A stretch of DNA of 63,225 nt, the filler included, from Octopus bimaculoides (taxonomy: Eukaryota), in assembly GCF_001194135.2 (NCBI RefSeq). It is 4 parts of 4 records of this genome, joined end to end, with 100 filler letters (N's around TTAATTAATTAA, not from the genome) between each part and the next. Parts side by side here need not be neighbours in the genome. Positions count along the whole stretch, not along the records: positions 1 to 26,659 come from NC_068997.1; 3 more parts are not named here. The stretch is one strand, 5' to 3'. The translations under genes and the position numbers were made by a program. Within the stretch, counting starts at the first letter, position 1; each line of letters starts with the position of its first letter. Positions 1-14,299 of this stretch are shown here, one piece after another. The notes under the pieces are model-generated. The model was not told the origin of the DNA and searched no databases. It was given only the letters and a program-made list of their open reading frames with translations.

Positions 1-261
1 TATATATATATATATATATGTGTGTATATACATATACATACATATATATATATGATTTTAACTGAAGTAAGAGAAATCAACTTCATGCTAATCTTGTGAT
101 CATATGAGCAATACTGTAAACACTTAGTCATGCACTTTCACATTTACATACGCACACACACACACACACACACACACATGCACGCACGCACACTCACATA
201 CACACACACAGATAAACACATAAACACATAGAGAGAGAATGAGTGAGTGAGATGCACTAAC

Positions 262-410
262 ACTCAGCTGCTACTCATTTTAATTGAGTTTACTGGATTA
301 ATGTGGAATGAAGTGTCATGTTCAAGGAAGTAAATACACTGCCCTGTCCAGGATTTGAACCCACAACCCTATGCTCATGATACCAGTAACCAAACCATCA
401 GACCATAAAA
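262..410 (-). mobile_element. Degenerate tRNA-headed CORE-like SINE (family C)
   Basis: The reverse strand has the B-box-like ggttgtgggttcaaatcc followed by cttgaacatgacactt, matching the better copy at 56385. Confidence 0.55.
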
Positions 411-467
411 CATCAGAATAGAATTTAACTTTATATCAATGAACATATGTATGAAAAGTTGTCATAT

Positions 468-885
468 ATGCACAGGCGTGGCTGTGTGGTAAGAAGCTTG
501 CTTCCCAATCACATGGTTCCGGGTTCAGTCCCACTGTGTGCCCCCTTGGGCAAGTGTCTTCTGCTATTGCCTCAAGCCGATCAAAGCCTTGTGAGTGGAT
601 TTGGTAGACAGAAACTGAAAGAAGCCTGTCGTATATATATAGACATATTATATGCGTGTGTGTGTGTGTGTGTTTATGTGCTCGTGTTTGTCCTCCCAAC
701 ATCGTTTAACAACTGATGCTGGTGTGCTTTCGTCCTCATAACTTAGCGGTTCAGCAAAAGATACTGATAGAATAAGTACTAGGCTGACAAAGAATAAGTC
801 CTGGGGTCGATTTCGTTGACTAAAAGGTGGTGCTCCAGCATGGCCACAGTCAAGTGGCTGAAACAAATAAAAGAATCAAAGAATA
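468..885 (+). mobile_element. SINE family A (tRNA head, CORE-like cttgggcaagtgtctt, internal TA/TG microsatellite), CpG-decayed copy
   Basis: Collinear with the near-intact copies at 40518 and 60105. Confidence 0.85.
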
Positions 886-1145
886 TCACAGCTGAAATTT
901 AAAAAGAGAAATAAAAGACAACAGTCTTTACTCAACAAGCAGCAGCCAGAAGATGGTCTAAGATTTGCAGAAGGTATTGACAGGAATACAAAGCAATTCT
1001 AAAGGCAAAATTTTTGTTAACGTGATATTATTAATAATAATTATTACACAATGGACAGAATAAATGATGGCAATGGTTGATTTAGATGTAAGTGTATAGG
1101 TGAGTAGGTAGACACACAGACACACTTGCAGATGTATACACAGCT

Positions 1146-1180
1146 AGACAGAAAGAAAGAAAGAAAGAAAGAAAGAAAGG

Positions 1181-1233
<53 letters not shown>

Positions 1234-1300
1234 TGATAGATAGATAAATAGATAGGCAGACAGACAGACAGACAGACAGACAGATAGACAGATAGATAGA
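1146..1300. repeat. (GAAA)n/(GATA)n/(GACA)n compound microsatellite
   Basis: Read directly. It flanks the 3' end of the Tx1-like element. Confidence 0.95.
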
Positions 1301-1985
<685 letters not shown>

Positions 1986-2489
1986 AATTGACAGATATAT
2001 AAATAGACAGAGAGATCAGCAGATAGATACATAGATACACAAATAGACAACCACAAATATCAAGAGAGAAAGAGAGAGAAGTAAAGTGATGAACAGGCTG
2101 CTATAAAGAGGTTGATAGAAGGATAGTTAGGCAGGTAAATGGATTGATAGTTGGATAGGGATAAACAGTTGAAAGTGCTAATAGATGGGTAGACAGGTAA
2201 GTTGATTGGCAGTCAGATATGTAGGTAAGTACATAAGGAGGTATGTATTTATGTTGACAATTAGGTAGAAAGTCTTTGTGAGATAAAAAAGAGACAATAA
2301 TTTCATTATCGAAGCTTTTTGCCTGGCATACTCAGTGAAGCATGGTTAGAACTCATTACTCTTTTCCAGAATCTCTAAGAGTGGTGGTGAGCATAAGAGA
2401 GGTGAACAGTGGACTGGAGTCCTTGTTCAATAATTGCAGCAGAGTGGACTCTACAAATTTTGAATAATTTTACCATGACCTCCGTGCAG

Positions 2490-2700
2490 CTCCAAGAAAT
2501 AAGATCTGTGACTGTAAGTGAACTTCAACTGCTTAAGTTTTCCCAGTTGTCTCTCCATGAGAAAGTTACAGTCAAGAAAATAGGCCGTTCAACACCTGAC
2601 ATTAAAATATCTCAGCCAGGAATAAGCAACAACAAGAGGTATATTCGAATGGTGCTGACAGAAAATTTGGCTCTGCAGCTGTCAAATGAAAAATGCATTT
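2490..2700 (+). pseudogene. Relic of a hAT/ZMYM1-like transposase N-terminus
   Basis: FSQLSLHEKVTVKKIGRSTPDIKISQ, then after a frameshift KIWLCSCQMKNAF, resembling the recalled ...LGRPTP.L.I.Q...WLCGC..KNALFC motif. Confidence 0.45.
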
Positions 2701-4619
2701 ACATTATTTACATTATTTACATTTGACGGATATTTGTCCTCATCTTGTTTGTTGTTAATACAACCTTCTCCAAGTATGTAGCACGAACATAATATCCTCA
2801 CCTATTGGCTTACAAACAAGTAGCCAGTTATGGTCAGATCAGAGAGGTGCACACCTGATGCACAGACAACAAGTCCTTTAAGCAGACAAACTTTCCTTGG
2901 TTGCAGCTTAGCCTTGTATTAAAGGAATATTCGACTGCAACGAACAGAGCATTATTCGTGCCTCTTATGCAAAGCTAATCTTTTCTGTTTTTAATGAAAC
3001 TCTGGGCCGTATTTGCTTCTAGCATATTGCAATACATGACTGACAAGCCATTATGTAACCATATAAATATTGAGCAATTTTCTTGCAAGAATAAATATTT
3101 CATCAACATTTGAAAATCGATTTTAAAATGGTCACACTGTCAAAGAAAGATCGATTTAATACCAATAAAGACCCTACTAATCAGCCCGACTTGTGTACCA
3201 AAATTATTAACACATAATGCGTATGTCAGACTCATTAGTAAGAATTTTTTTAAAGCTTTAAATCATTTTTTAAGTTCAACACCGTACTTCAATAATCCTT
3301 ATGTCACATTGCTTAATAACCAGACAGTTACTGAACATGAACGCTTTAACTTAAATTGGCTATCATAGTTTTCAGTAAATTAAATGGAAAAAGATATATG
3401 AAAGGTTACAGGTTAACAGTTGGCACTCATAAATTTCTAAGTAAAAAGCTGAGAACAATAGGTAAAGGAACTGATGTAAAAATGTAGATTTTGTTTCAAA
3501 TCTTGGCTTAGAATCCAGGAAGCTATTCATTGCAAACTCATAAATAAAAAGTTATAGTTATACATATATAAAAACATGAATAATTTCGAATACTCACTAC
3601 TGCATATATATATATATTTATTTATTTTTTTTTTTTTCTCGGTGTATAACATTGAGGGTAAGAGGGGAGACCGTTTCAATTTCAACTTCCTTTTATTGCA
3701 ATTAAATTTGCATTCACGAAAAAAAATATGTTAAAAATAAATAATCTTGTCCTTGATAATTGTTACATAATTCTGATATTATCCCAGAATTGATGGGAAT
3801 AATATGTATAATATAGAATTCACTAAGAGTTGACAGAAGTCAAAACAAAAATGAAGAATTAAACAACTAAAAAAACAGCACCTACAGAAATGATTAATAT
3901 TAAAATTGCTTTATAAATAATGACAAAACTTTCCTGAGAAAACCAAGAATCTTTCTTGCTAGTATCTTAAACTAAGTCAAATGTAATTTAAGAAGCAAAA
4001 ATGCATATATCAACATAAAACTTATTACATAGTGAATCCATTATTTTTTCCTATTTCAAAATGGCCGATGAATGTCACATATTTTTCATACTGTCAATGG
4101 TTATAAATCAAGAGCAGCATTTGTTCAGTTAGGAACTTTACCTAGGGCTGTAGAGCTGGATTAGTAAAATATATAAAGGATGTGCAGTGACAGAAGATCT
4201 TGGTATTTTTATCATTAATATGAAGCAAGAGAGGGAATTTCACTGTTTCAAAATGGTGATAAAGATTTTGTATGAAAATGATAAAATTTTAAAATATTGG
4301 TAGGGAATTGGTTTCCGTCAACTTACAGAATTTTAAAAAATGTTTTCTGTTAACTTTAAAGTAATTTATAAAACATTTTTCATTACCATATTCCTAAACA
4401 AAGATTTAATTTATGATTATTTCCAACTTAGTTGTATAATTAAAAGATAGTGAGATAGAGCTTACTTACACTATGATGTTCAGTTCACAAAATGAATGCC
4501 AGAGTTGTAAATAAATCTGAATTCACAGCCAATAAGAAAATAAGAAAAAAACAACAGAAAGGAAAGGAAGACTTATTAGACAAAGCGTACTTTTCATTGT
4601 CTTATGCAAATCTTTTGGG

Positions 4620-5620
4620 CACCAGACTCAAGTAATGGTCATCAGGAGTTTAAGATGACCAAGGTCAGTGGCACAGTCCACCTTTCACCTTCAAGATATT
4701 CAGTTCTTTTTTGTTCAATTCATTCAGCACCCACTTCACTGGTCTTCTTTACCTTAAATAATATATCTCGAGTTTTATTATTTTGCCAAGATGAAGTGAA
4801 AGGACTTCAACTTCTGTTTCGTCAGTCAGGTCATTGAAGATCTTTTGCTATCCTCATTTAGGTCATTTTCCATTTTTCAATTGAGAAAAGAAGACTTCTT
4901 TGGAATTTGGATATTAAACATTTGGATGAGATGACCCACCCATCTGAGATAGTTTTTGATCACAATTACTCGTTTTGGCTTCACAGAGAATACGGATGGT
5001 CGTTCCTAACTGATCTTGAATATGTTTTACAGACATCAATAAGAAAAAAATGTTCAGTTTTTCAGATGACAAAGCTAAGAGTTCAGACAACTGTGGACAA
5101 TTTTTGCATCATCTCAAAGATCTTCATTCTTGAAGATATGCTTCAGTAAGTGCTCAAAGATTGTTCCAGAACAATGAAGTTTGTATTGGATCTCATTAGT
5201 GATATCAGCTTAAAATATATTACTTCCGAGAAACAAGGTCACAAGGTCACAAAATGACTTAGGTGCCAACGTCTGGGGTATGATTGTTTCCAGAAGCCTC
5301 TCAATTGGTTCTGCCCCTAAAATAGCATGAGTGATGACCAGATTAATGCTAAATAAAGTGCATTTAATGCTAAATAAAGTTCCATTTTTGTTGTATTTTC
5401 TGAATTACGTATTTTTTCAAGTGATTCCTTTGCAGGTCTTGTGGTTTCGTCCAGCCTTCATCTTTAAAAAAAGATAACATTGTTTATTCTGGGTGTGACA
5501 GCATATCACCAAAATCCATATTTGGAGTATGCACACCAATAATTGTCATATATTGATCTTTTGCAAGTTGAAGCTGAATCACAATTTCTTGTTTGTTGGT
5601 ACTGATTGGGATTTCTGATA
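4620..5620 (-). mobile_element. Degenerate, internally deleted RTE-clade LINE
   Basis: The minus strand gives LSEIPISTNKQEIVIQLQLAKDQYMTIIG (APE endonuclease, ~5500-5620) and LRWVGHLIQM..IPKK (RT C-terminus, ~4900-4960), with stops and frameshifts. Confidence 0.7.
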
Positions 5621-5649
5621 AGTTCAAAAGACGATGATTCTATCCATTA

Positions 5650-5850
5650 ATATAAGGTAGCATGTTAGAAGAATGCTTAGTAGCATTTCTTAAAGTTCTG
5701 TGTACAAATCCCATCATCGCCGATTTTGCCTTTCATTGTTTCATGATCAATAAACTAAGAACCCGTTGAGCACTTGCACCGATGTTATCTACTAACCCCT
5801 CTCTTTGAAATTGCTGTCTTTGTGCCAATACAACATTTTAAACCATTATT
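5650..5850 (+). mobile_element. Degenerate SINE family B
   Basis: gaatgcttag...gattttgcctttcattg...aataaactaag is collinear with the copy at 57361. Confidence 0.6.
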
Positions 5851-5939
5851 ATCTATTAATTAATACGTGAGAGTATTAGTTCGTTTGCTTCTACAGTTTT
5901 TTCTTAGTTTCTTTTTTTTATTTTCATTTTCATTTTCAT

Positions 5940-5985
5940 ACTGTCTCCATTGTCCTGGGCCCTTGTGGCCAATAAAAGAAATCCT
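5940..5985 (+). mobile_element. Isolated Tx1-type LINE 3' tail
   Basis: gggcccttgtggccaataaaagaaat compared with gagccctgtgtggctaataaaagaaat at 8614-8640. Confidence 0.55.
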
Positions 5986-6021
5986 TACAATTTCTCACTA
6001 TTCCACTTGCACCACTGCCAG

Positions 6022-6024
6022 CTG

Positions 6025-6069
<45 letters not shown>

Positions 6070-6092
6070 CAGCAGCAGCAGCAGCAGCAGCC
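6022..6092. repeat. (TAC)n(CAG)n microsatellite
   Basis: Read directly. It explains the poly-T/S/Y/Q ORFs. Confidence 0.95.
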
Positions 6093-7172
6093 GCAGCACC
6101 TCTGCTGTCGCCAAACCAACCTTCTGTCCACCACCAACCGTAGACAGTAAAGCGGTATATGTGACACAGACCATCAAGGCTGAAATGTTAATGAATGAAC
6201 GAACGAACGTATGAATGAACAGGAAGATGGAGAGAGAGAGAGAGGAAAAGGAAGAGAAAGACAAAGAGAAAGAAGGGAAAGAATGAAATAAAGGAAGAGT
6301 CAATAATTGAAATGAGGTGACTAAAGGTTAATAAGTACGGTGACAACTGGTGACAACAAATGCGATGAGACATATTTCGGTTTGGAAGTGAGAAAAGAGG
6401 AGGCTTTTATTAAAAGTCGATGTGATATTTCGTAATTAGAGTGGTACCAAAATGTCGGACATCTGAAAGTTGCAGCAGCTAACACCTTCAACAATTGGAG
6501 TAACATTTAATACATCATGAAACGACAGAAGTAACTAATTGATACAGCAAATGACAGTAACAACCAATAAAGGACGCCAAGAGTTTAGCAAACACTCTCT
6601 CTCTGTCTTTATCTCTCTCCCCCTCTCTCTCCCTCTCTCTCTTTCTCTTTTGCCATCACAAAGTTAGTTGCTCCGTCAGACTAAATTCATTAGCATTATA
6701 TTATAGTCCTCATGTGAATGAATTCGACTCTAGTTGTTGTTTTGTATCTATGAAATAAATGACATACCAGTCATAAAATCGTGGTCACCTCTCCTCTATA
6801 GATTTGTTGTATTGAATCAATGTAATAACAACAACAAAAAACAAAATAGTCATCACACAAAATGCTTGTTTTAAGTAGGTTGGAAGGAACTGGAAGACGG
6901 CACTTATTATTCTTTGGAGACAGTAGAGTGATCCAAGAAGTTTTATATGTATTGTTGGTGGAGGGAGCACTAAATTGCCTTTGGTAGATTGACCTACAAC
7001 TGGGGACTTTATTTATTTTCCTAAATTTTGTTTTTATCACTGTTATATCCTTGTTATCTGTTTCTTTTTTTGACTGATATAAATCCATCATGGTGTGTAT
7101 TGTATTTCATCTTTTGATATTGTCTTCAAAATATTTGGTTCTTGTGACAAATAAAAGAAATTATTATTATTA

Positions 7173-7211
<39 letters not shown>

Positions 7212-7212
<1 letters not shown>

Positions 7213-7432
7213 GGTAAGGCAGCAAGCAGGCAGAATCATTAGCAGACTGGGTAAGATGCTTAGCAGCCTTTCATCCATCTTTACATTTCTGAGTTCAAAT
7301 TCTGCCAGAATCGACTTTGCATTTCATCATTTTGAGGCCGATAAATTAAGTACCAGTGAAACACTGGGGTTGATTTCATTGACTAGTCTCATCTTACCAA
7401 ATTTTAGGCCTTGTGCCTATAGTAGAAAAGAT
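7212..7432 (+). mobile_element. SINE family B, heavily CpG-decayed, tail ggccttgtgcctatagtagaaaagatt, between (TTA)n tracts
   Basis: Collinear with 57361; CG to CA/TG changes at most consensus CpGs. Confidence 0.85.
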
Positions 7433-7459
7433 TATTATTATCATTATTATCATTTCTTT

Positions 7460-7740
7460 CTCCTTATCACAGGTTTTGTTGGAGCATACATAGTGGGCTT
7501 ACTACCTGCAGCCTATGGTACCAGGCAATCTGTTCTTTTGCACTATTTAATATTTTCCTGATTATTCTGACCGTACCAAGGAGGCAAACGTTTTGTAACA
7601 GTTCTACTAGGCACTCTATTCCAATTTCTTTTATATTCTCCTTGAAGCTTTCTGTTATTGTCCCCAAGGACCCAACAATGACTGGCATTATCTTCACCTT
7701 CTTCATTTTCCATAGCCAGGCTATTTCATACTTAAGAGGG
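7460..7740 (-). mobile_element. R4/Dong-clade LINE 3' end (C-terminus after the restriction-like endonuclease)
   Basis: MKKVKIMPVIVGSLGTITESFKENIKEIGIECLVELLQNVCLLGTVRIIRKIL resembles TIPVIVGALGMIKK...MQKIVLTG at 37880. The 3' end runs into a TAA-like tract. Confidence 0.8.
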
Positions 7741-7741
7741 C

Positions 7742-7743
7742 TG

Positions 7744-7829
<86 letters not shown>

Positions 7830-7857
7830 CCTACCTACCTATCTATCTATCTATCTA
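7742..7857. repeat. (ATCT)n microsatellite
   Basis: Read directly. Confidence 0.95.
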
Positions 7858-7858
7858 C

Positions 7859-8641
7859 GACCTGTCTGAGATGCCGGCAGAGCGACGAAACCATTCTGCA
7901 CGCACTCGTACAGTGTCCCACCATTTCCGAGCTGTGGGCTTACGTCGAACAACTGCTATCGCGTGTGGGACGAGTCGGTCTATCAGCCGAGTCTATCGTG
8001 AATATTGTTGCGCCTCCTTCCTTTAAACGGGAAGGAAGAGCCATTTTCATCGTACTTGTGGCTATGGCGAAAGAATGTGTATGGTGGACGCGTCTGAAAG
8101 GTCTAGAGACAAAGACTTTCCTCTCTGGGCAATCTCTCATCAACTTCTTCAAGTATCACCTGAAGAGGAAGGTGAGAGTAGAAAGGGAAGTNNNNNNNNN
8201 NNNNNNNNNNNNNNNNNNNNNNNNNNNNNNNNNNNNNNNNNNNNNNNNNNNNNNNNNNNNNNNNNNNNNNNNNNNNNNNNNNNNNNNNNNNNNNNNNNNN
8301 NNNNNNNNNNNNNNNNNNNNNNNNNNNNNNNNNNNNNNNNNNNNNNNNNNNNNNNNNNNNNNNNNNNNNNNNNNNNNNNNNNNNNNNNNNNNNNNNNNNN
8401 NNNNNNNNNNNNNNNNNNNNNNNNNNNNNNNNNNNNNNNNNNNNNNNNNNNNNNNNNNNNNNNNNNNNNNNNNNNNNNNNNNNNNNNNNNNNNNNAACTC
8501 CCCCTTTTTCCCTTCCTACGATCCCTTTTGATTGACACCACCACTTTTTTTTTTTTCCTTCCTTCCCCCTCCCAAAAAGAAAAGCTCTACATTGTATTTG
8601 TCCCATCTTCGTTGAGCCCTGTGTGGCTAATAAAAGAAATG
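7859..8641 (+). mobile_element. 5'-truncated Tx1/L1-clade LINE (ORF2 C-terminal zinc knuckle plus 3'UTR)
   Basis: TCLRCRQSDETILHALVQCPTISELWAYVEQLLSRVG...FFKYHLKRKVRVERE, with a CxxC..ET..H...C motif typical of the L1/Tx1 ORF2 end. Tail ...gtggctaataaaagaaat runs into (TATC)n. Confidence 0.85.
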
Positions 8642-8679
8642 TATCTATCTATCTATCTGCCTACCTATCGATTTGTTTC

Positions 8680-8890
8680 TGTATATGTCCACCATGATAA
8701 CCAATTTTGAAGTGTTTATCCCCCTAACTTAGTGGTTCGGCAAAGGAGTCTGATCGAATAAGTACTAGACCTACGAAGAATAAGTTTTGGGGTTGATTTC
8801 TTTCGCTAAAAAAACCCTTTAAGGCGATGCTCCAACATGGCTGCAATCAAAAGACTGAAACACGTGAAAGAATAAAAGAATAAAAGAATG
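8680..8890 (+). mobile_element. SINE family A, 3' half
   Basis: taacttagtggttcggcaaa...aataagtactag...gctccaacatggc...gaataaaaga. Confidence 0.75.
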
Positions 8891-9200
8891 GTATATATTA
8901 ATTTTAAACATTTTAACTGATAAGGGAGACAACTTTTGTAATGTTTCTATCTTATTAGCTCTACTCAACAATGCATAGATTTAACTGTCCATGCCAAAGC
9001 AAATTTACAAAATTGAACATGTATAATTCATAATATATTATAATATTAAAAAAATATTATTACTGAATTAGTTACTCAGTAGGCACTGAACAAGTTAATT
9101 AGATACCCAGTTGTATGACTTAATTAATTGTATGGTTCTTTTGTTCATAAGTATATCTATCTGTTTGTATATCTATCTACTCTCTGTCTACACACATACA

Positions 9201-9234
<34 letters not shown>

Positions 9235-9925
9235 AACACAAATATGAACACAGGTGCATTGATATACATATATATATATATATGTAAATATATATATATA
9301 CATACATGTATAAACACATGTATGCACACATATACACACACCCACATATTATTTATGCATAAATACATACACACATACCATCATATACATACGTACATCC
9401 ATCCATAATTGCATAACTTCATCCATATATCTAGAAATCTAGAGTACTACAAACACAAACACACACGCATACACATACACACACACAACCCCAACCCTCC
9501 GACACACACAAACGTATTCACATATAAACACACACAAACACACTCCATTCTACAAACATACATGATATTTCGTACGATATGCCTATAATACACACACAGA
9601 TTCATCCAAGGCTGCGCAAACACTCACTTACATCTTCAGCCTCATACACACAACACATACAGTCAACACATATTCATACACTTACATTTACACACACACA
9701 CACACACACACACACGTACTGCAAGTGTGAGGCATACGTATCATAAATGTAGATACTGTGCTTTTTTTTTTTTTTTTTCCCATTCGGTTGTTACTTAAGG
9801 TTATTTCTCCGCAGAAAATTAATAATTAAAACTTTCCAAGTTATGATGAATGCGGGATTACATTTGTCTCTGCCTTTTGTTTTTGCTTAGTTTTTGTTAT
9901 TATTTGTTTTCAACATCATCATCAC

Positions 9926-9973
<48 letters not shown>

Positions 9974-10105
9974 TATCATTATCATTATCATTATCGTCGT
10001 TCTTGAAACTAAAAACAACCAGTTTTCAAATTACTTACTCGGGCAGATGTGGAAATATGATTGTGTGTGTGTGCATGTGCGTGTGTGTTTTGGGCGTGTG
10101 TGTGT

Positions 10106-10142
<37 letters not shown>

Positions 10143-10231
10143 AAGTTTGTGTGTGAATGTGAAACGGTTTGTATGTATACATTCATGCTTGCATGTATGT
10201 AAACTCATGTATGCTTACATACATACATACA

Positions 10232-10304
<73 letters not shown>

Positions 10305-10581
10305 TCATAAATATATAGACACATACATGGATATATATATATATATATACATGCATATATATATATAGATACATACATGCATATATACATACATGCATAT
10401 ATATATATATGTGTATGTATGTATGTATGTATGTATGTGTGTATGTATGTATGTATATATAATACACACTCATGCACACCTATATTCGCTATTAGGGATT
10501 GTGTGTTTGTATTTTTGTGTTTTAATCTCATATTATATTCATGTATATCTATGTGTATACACACACATTCACAAACACATA

Positions 10582-10647
<66 letters not shown>

Positions 10648-10974
10648 TTATATATACATGCTTTGTTCCTATTATGTTCAATTCTAACTATATTTCTATG
10701 TATTAATTTATCATCATTACAATCATAGTCATCATTATTTTGTTCTTCAAGACTTAATATTTGGGTTTGATTTGTATTATTCACAGCTTGGCAAGAATTA
10801 TCAACATGCCAGGAAAAATGCTTAATGGAATTTTATCCATCATTACAATCTGGGATTGACTTTGATTTTCGTTCGCTGATGAAATAAGTACCGACTGAGT
10901 ACTGGGATCAATGTAACGGAGTAGTCTCTACCCACCAAATTTCAGGCCTAATACTTATAACACAAAGAATTGGT

Positions 10975-11090
10975 CAGCACATTGCTACATCACTTGTGTT
11001 ATCCTTTGGTATTTTTCCATGTGTGTGCACATCTTGAGAACATTTACCACATCTTTTTCCATAGATTCCCTTGGGTTCACCTCAAAATTA
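10975..11090 (-). pseudogene. Possible Chapaev/CMC-type transposase C-terminal relic
   Basis: With a frameshift the minus strand reads GKCSQDVHT-MEKYQ...ADQF, loosely like the recalled GERFHQDI.TMEKRYQG...ADYCW motif. Weak. Confidence 0.3.
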
Positions 11091-11159
11091 CTTTTTACTA
11101 TAAAAATTGAACATTTTAAATACACAGGCATCCCTGTTCCAAATACATATATGCATACA

Positions 11160-11496
11160 TAGATATGGACGGTTTCACTGAGGTCTGGAAAGCCTGAAGT
11201 CTGCACCAAGCTCCAGTCTGATCTGGCAAGGTTTCTGCAGCAGGATGCCCTTCTTAACACCAACCACTCCGAGAGACTAGTGGGTGCTTTTTATACACCA
11301 CTGGCACAGGAGCCAGTCAGGGGTCACTGGCATCGATCATGTTCGGATAGTGCTTTTTACGTGCCATTGGCATGTGAGCCAGTCAGGGGGCTCTGACCAC
11401 AGCTACGATTTTGGTTTTATTTCACTCAACAGGTCTTCTCAAGCATATCATATCACCCAAAGCATCAAGGGTACTTATAAATGGCCCAGACATGCA

Positions 11497-11500
<4 letters not shown>
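11160..11500 (-). mobile_element. RTE LINE 3' end and 3'UTR with an internal tandem duplication
   Basis: The minus strand has gatatgatatgcttgagaagacct (LEKT ORF end). The unit gtgctttt..a..cca.tggca..gagccagtcagggg is duplicated. Related to the 24520-24990 copy. Confidence 0.65.
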
Positions 11501-11537
<37 letters not shown>

Positions 11538-12045
11538 TCAGTAAATATAGTGGGGTTGTGTTACCCGCACGTGGAGAAATAATAGGAAAATGAAAAAAAG
11601 CCAGAATGCTGAACTGGGAGCATAATTTAATAAAGATTTTTTCTAACCGGTTTTCATTGCGATGAAGCAAATTATCAAGAAGAAGGAGAATGAAAATGTT
11701 TTTTTACAAAGAAGTACAAAAAAGTACAAAATGAAGAAAANNNNNNNNNNNNNNNNNNNNNNNNNNNNNNNNNNNNNNNNNNNNNNNNNNNNNNNNNNNN
11801 NNNNNNNNNNNNNNNNNNNNNNNNNNNNNNAATAGTAGTTCATGTATAAATTGGTAGGAAAAATAAGGATGCATGAGAGTTGAGAGTTTTGTTAGGTTTA
11901 AAAAAAGGGTTAAAAGTTTGTGTTAAGCAGGAAATGTGGTGTCAAAACAGGAAGTGTGTGTAAGGGGAGACAAGTGTTTTTAGTTAGAGTTATGAACTCT
12001 TTTTTTCCAAACAGGAAGTTTGTGTCTGTTCATAGAGAAATAAGG

Positions 12046-12190
12046 TCACTGAGGGGTGTGTGTGTTAAGAAATGGTTGGAATTTCTCTATGAAAAGATTC
12101 TCCTTGTTGATTCTTTCTTGTGTGGAGATTCTGTCTTTACATTGATAGAAAGGGAATATAATGAATTTAGGGTTTTTGTTTCTGGTGCAA
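12046..12190 (-). mobile_element. Penelope-like element GIY-YIG endonuclease C-terminal fragment
   Basis: NPKFIIFPFYQCKDRISTQERINKENLFIEKFQPFLN fits the R..KE..FI.KF.P.LN end of PLE endonucleases. Confidence 0.6.
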
Positions 12191-13635
12191 GAGTATAGAC
12201 TCCACCACTGGACCCCCCATCGCTCTACATCCATACCACCACTACTATCACCGCTATCATCATCTTCACCTCCACTGCCATCATCATCTTCACCTCCACC
12301 GCCATCACCACGATGATTACAACCACCTCCGCCATAACCACCACCACCAACACAACCACCACCACCACTACCATCCCCTCCACAATGCTGACAATTTCAA
12401 CCACCATCACCAAGCACATCATCAAGACCATCACCACCACCACCATCACTGTCACAATGACGATGACGATGACGATGACAACCACCAACCACTACCTTCT
12501 CCACCCCCGCCTCCACAATGCCAACAACTTCAACCACCATCGCTACACCACCACCANNNNNNNNNNNNNNNNNNNNNNNNNNNNNNNNNNNNNNNNNNNN
12601 NNNNNNNNNNNNNNNNNNNNNNNNNNNNNNNNNNNNNNNNNNNNNNNNNNNNNNNNNNNNNNNNNNNNNNNNNNNNNNNNNNNNNNNNNNNNNNNNNNNN
12701 NNNNNNNNNNNNNNNNNNNNNNNNNNNNNNNNNNNNNNNNNNNNNNNNNNNNNNNNNNNNNNNNNNNNNNNNNNNNNNNNNNNNNNNNNNNNNNNNNNNN
12801 NNNNNNNNNNNNNNNNNNNNNNNNNNNNNNNNNNNNNNNNNNNNNNNNNNNNNNNNNNNNNNNNNNNNNNNNNNNNNNNNNNNNNNNNNNNNNNNNNNNN
12901 NNNNNNNNNNNNNNNNNNNNNNNNNNNNNNNNNNNNNNNNNNNNNNNNNNNNNNNNNNNNNNNNNNNNNNNNNNNNNNNNNNNNNNNNNNNNNNNNNNNN
13001 NNNNNNNNNNNNNNNNNNNNNNNNNNNNNNNNNNNNNNNNNNNNNNNNNNNNNNNNNNNNNNNNNNNNNNNNNNNNNNNNNNNNNNNNNNNNNNNNNNNN
13101 NNNNNNNNNNNNNNNNNNNNNNNNNNNNNNNNNNNNNNNNNNNNNNNNNNNNNNNNNNNNNNNNNNNNNNNNNNNNNNNNNNNNNNNNNNNNNNNNNNNN
13201 NNNNNNNNNNNNNNNNNNNNNNNNNNNNNNNNNNNNNNNNNNNNNNNNNNNNNNNNNNNNNNNNNNNNNNNNNNNNNNNNNNNNNNNNNNNNNNNNNNNN
13301 NNNNNNNNNNNNNNNNNNNNNNNNNNNNNNNNNNNNNNNNNNNNNNNNNNNNNNNNNNNNNNNNNNNNNNNNNNNNNNNNNNNNNNNNNNNNNNNNNNNN
13401 NNNNNNNNNNNNATACATATATATATAAAAATACATATATAGATATACATACATATGTATAAATGTGTGTGTATATATACACATATATATATAAATATAT
13501 AAAAACATTCATACATATGTGTATATATATATATGTATATATATATGTGTGTACATATATATTTATGCATATGTATACAAATGTGGGTGGCAATGTGTTC
13601 TTTATATATGTTTTTAATGTATGCATATGAATTTG

Positions 13636-13676
<41 letters not shown>

Positions 13677-14299
13677 GGTGAGAGAAAGAGAAGGAGAGAG
13701 AGAGAGAAAGACAAAGGTAGACAGATAGATAGATTGATAGATAGATAAAGGGAGAAAAGGAAAGCCCTATGTTCAAATGAGTGCTTAGTGCATGTATTGA
13801 GGACAGTGGATAGCTTTTCCAGTGAGAAAATGAATCTTTGGTACATTGGCAAAGCTTGGTAACTCTAGATTATGTCCAGCTCAAGCAATATGTCCTGTAA
13901 CTCAACAATCTAAAGCCTTAGGACCAGAACAATGAAGTACCTTAACTTGAATGCAAATAGGATTTCAATTCCGAATTGTGCTACAGAATTACGACTGGAG
14001 ATGTCTTTTGCAAAGCCATTGAAAATGGAAAATGTCAATGCTAAAAAAGATGATGATGATGATGATAACTATGATGATTATGATGACGACGATGATGATG
14101 AAATAGTGCCAAAGATGGAAGTCAGAGGTATGTGGGGATGGGTGTTGTGAGTGGTAAATGGGCTGGGCTGAGTTTCGATGGCAGGCTTGATAGGGTGCTG
14201 AGAATGACAACAGATATGACAAATTGTATATACATATAAATATATATATATTTATACACACACATGCATAAATATATTCACACACACACAAATACACAC

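Noticed and set aside
6771-7091. 106-aa minus-strand ORF in unique DNA
   Set aside because: No recognisable motif, and no consistent splice sites.
9150-10730. Many 60-170 aa ORFs rich in YI/CV/HT dipeptides (also around 13400-13850, 17220-17660, 19250-20660 and 61150-62220)
   Set aside because: They are translations of (TA)n, (TG)n and (TACA)n microsatellites or run through N gaps.
12225-12560. Thr-rich mucin-like ORF (12313..13428)
   Set aside because: It is a degenerate (ACC/ATC)n tract extended by an 856-bp gap, with no splice support.
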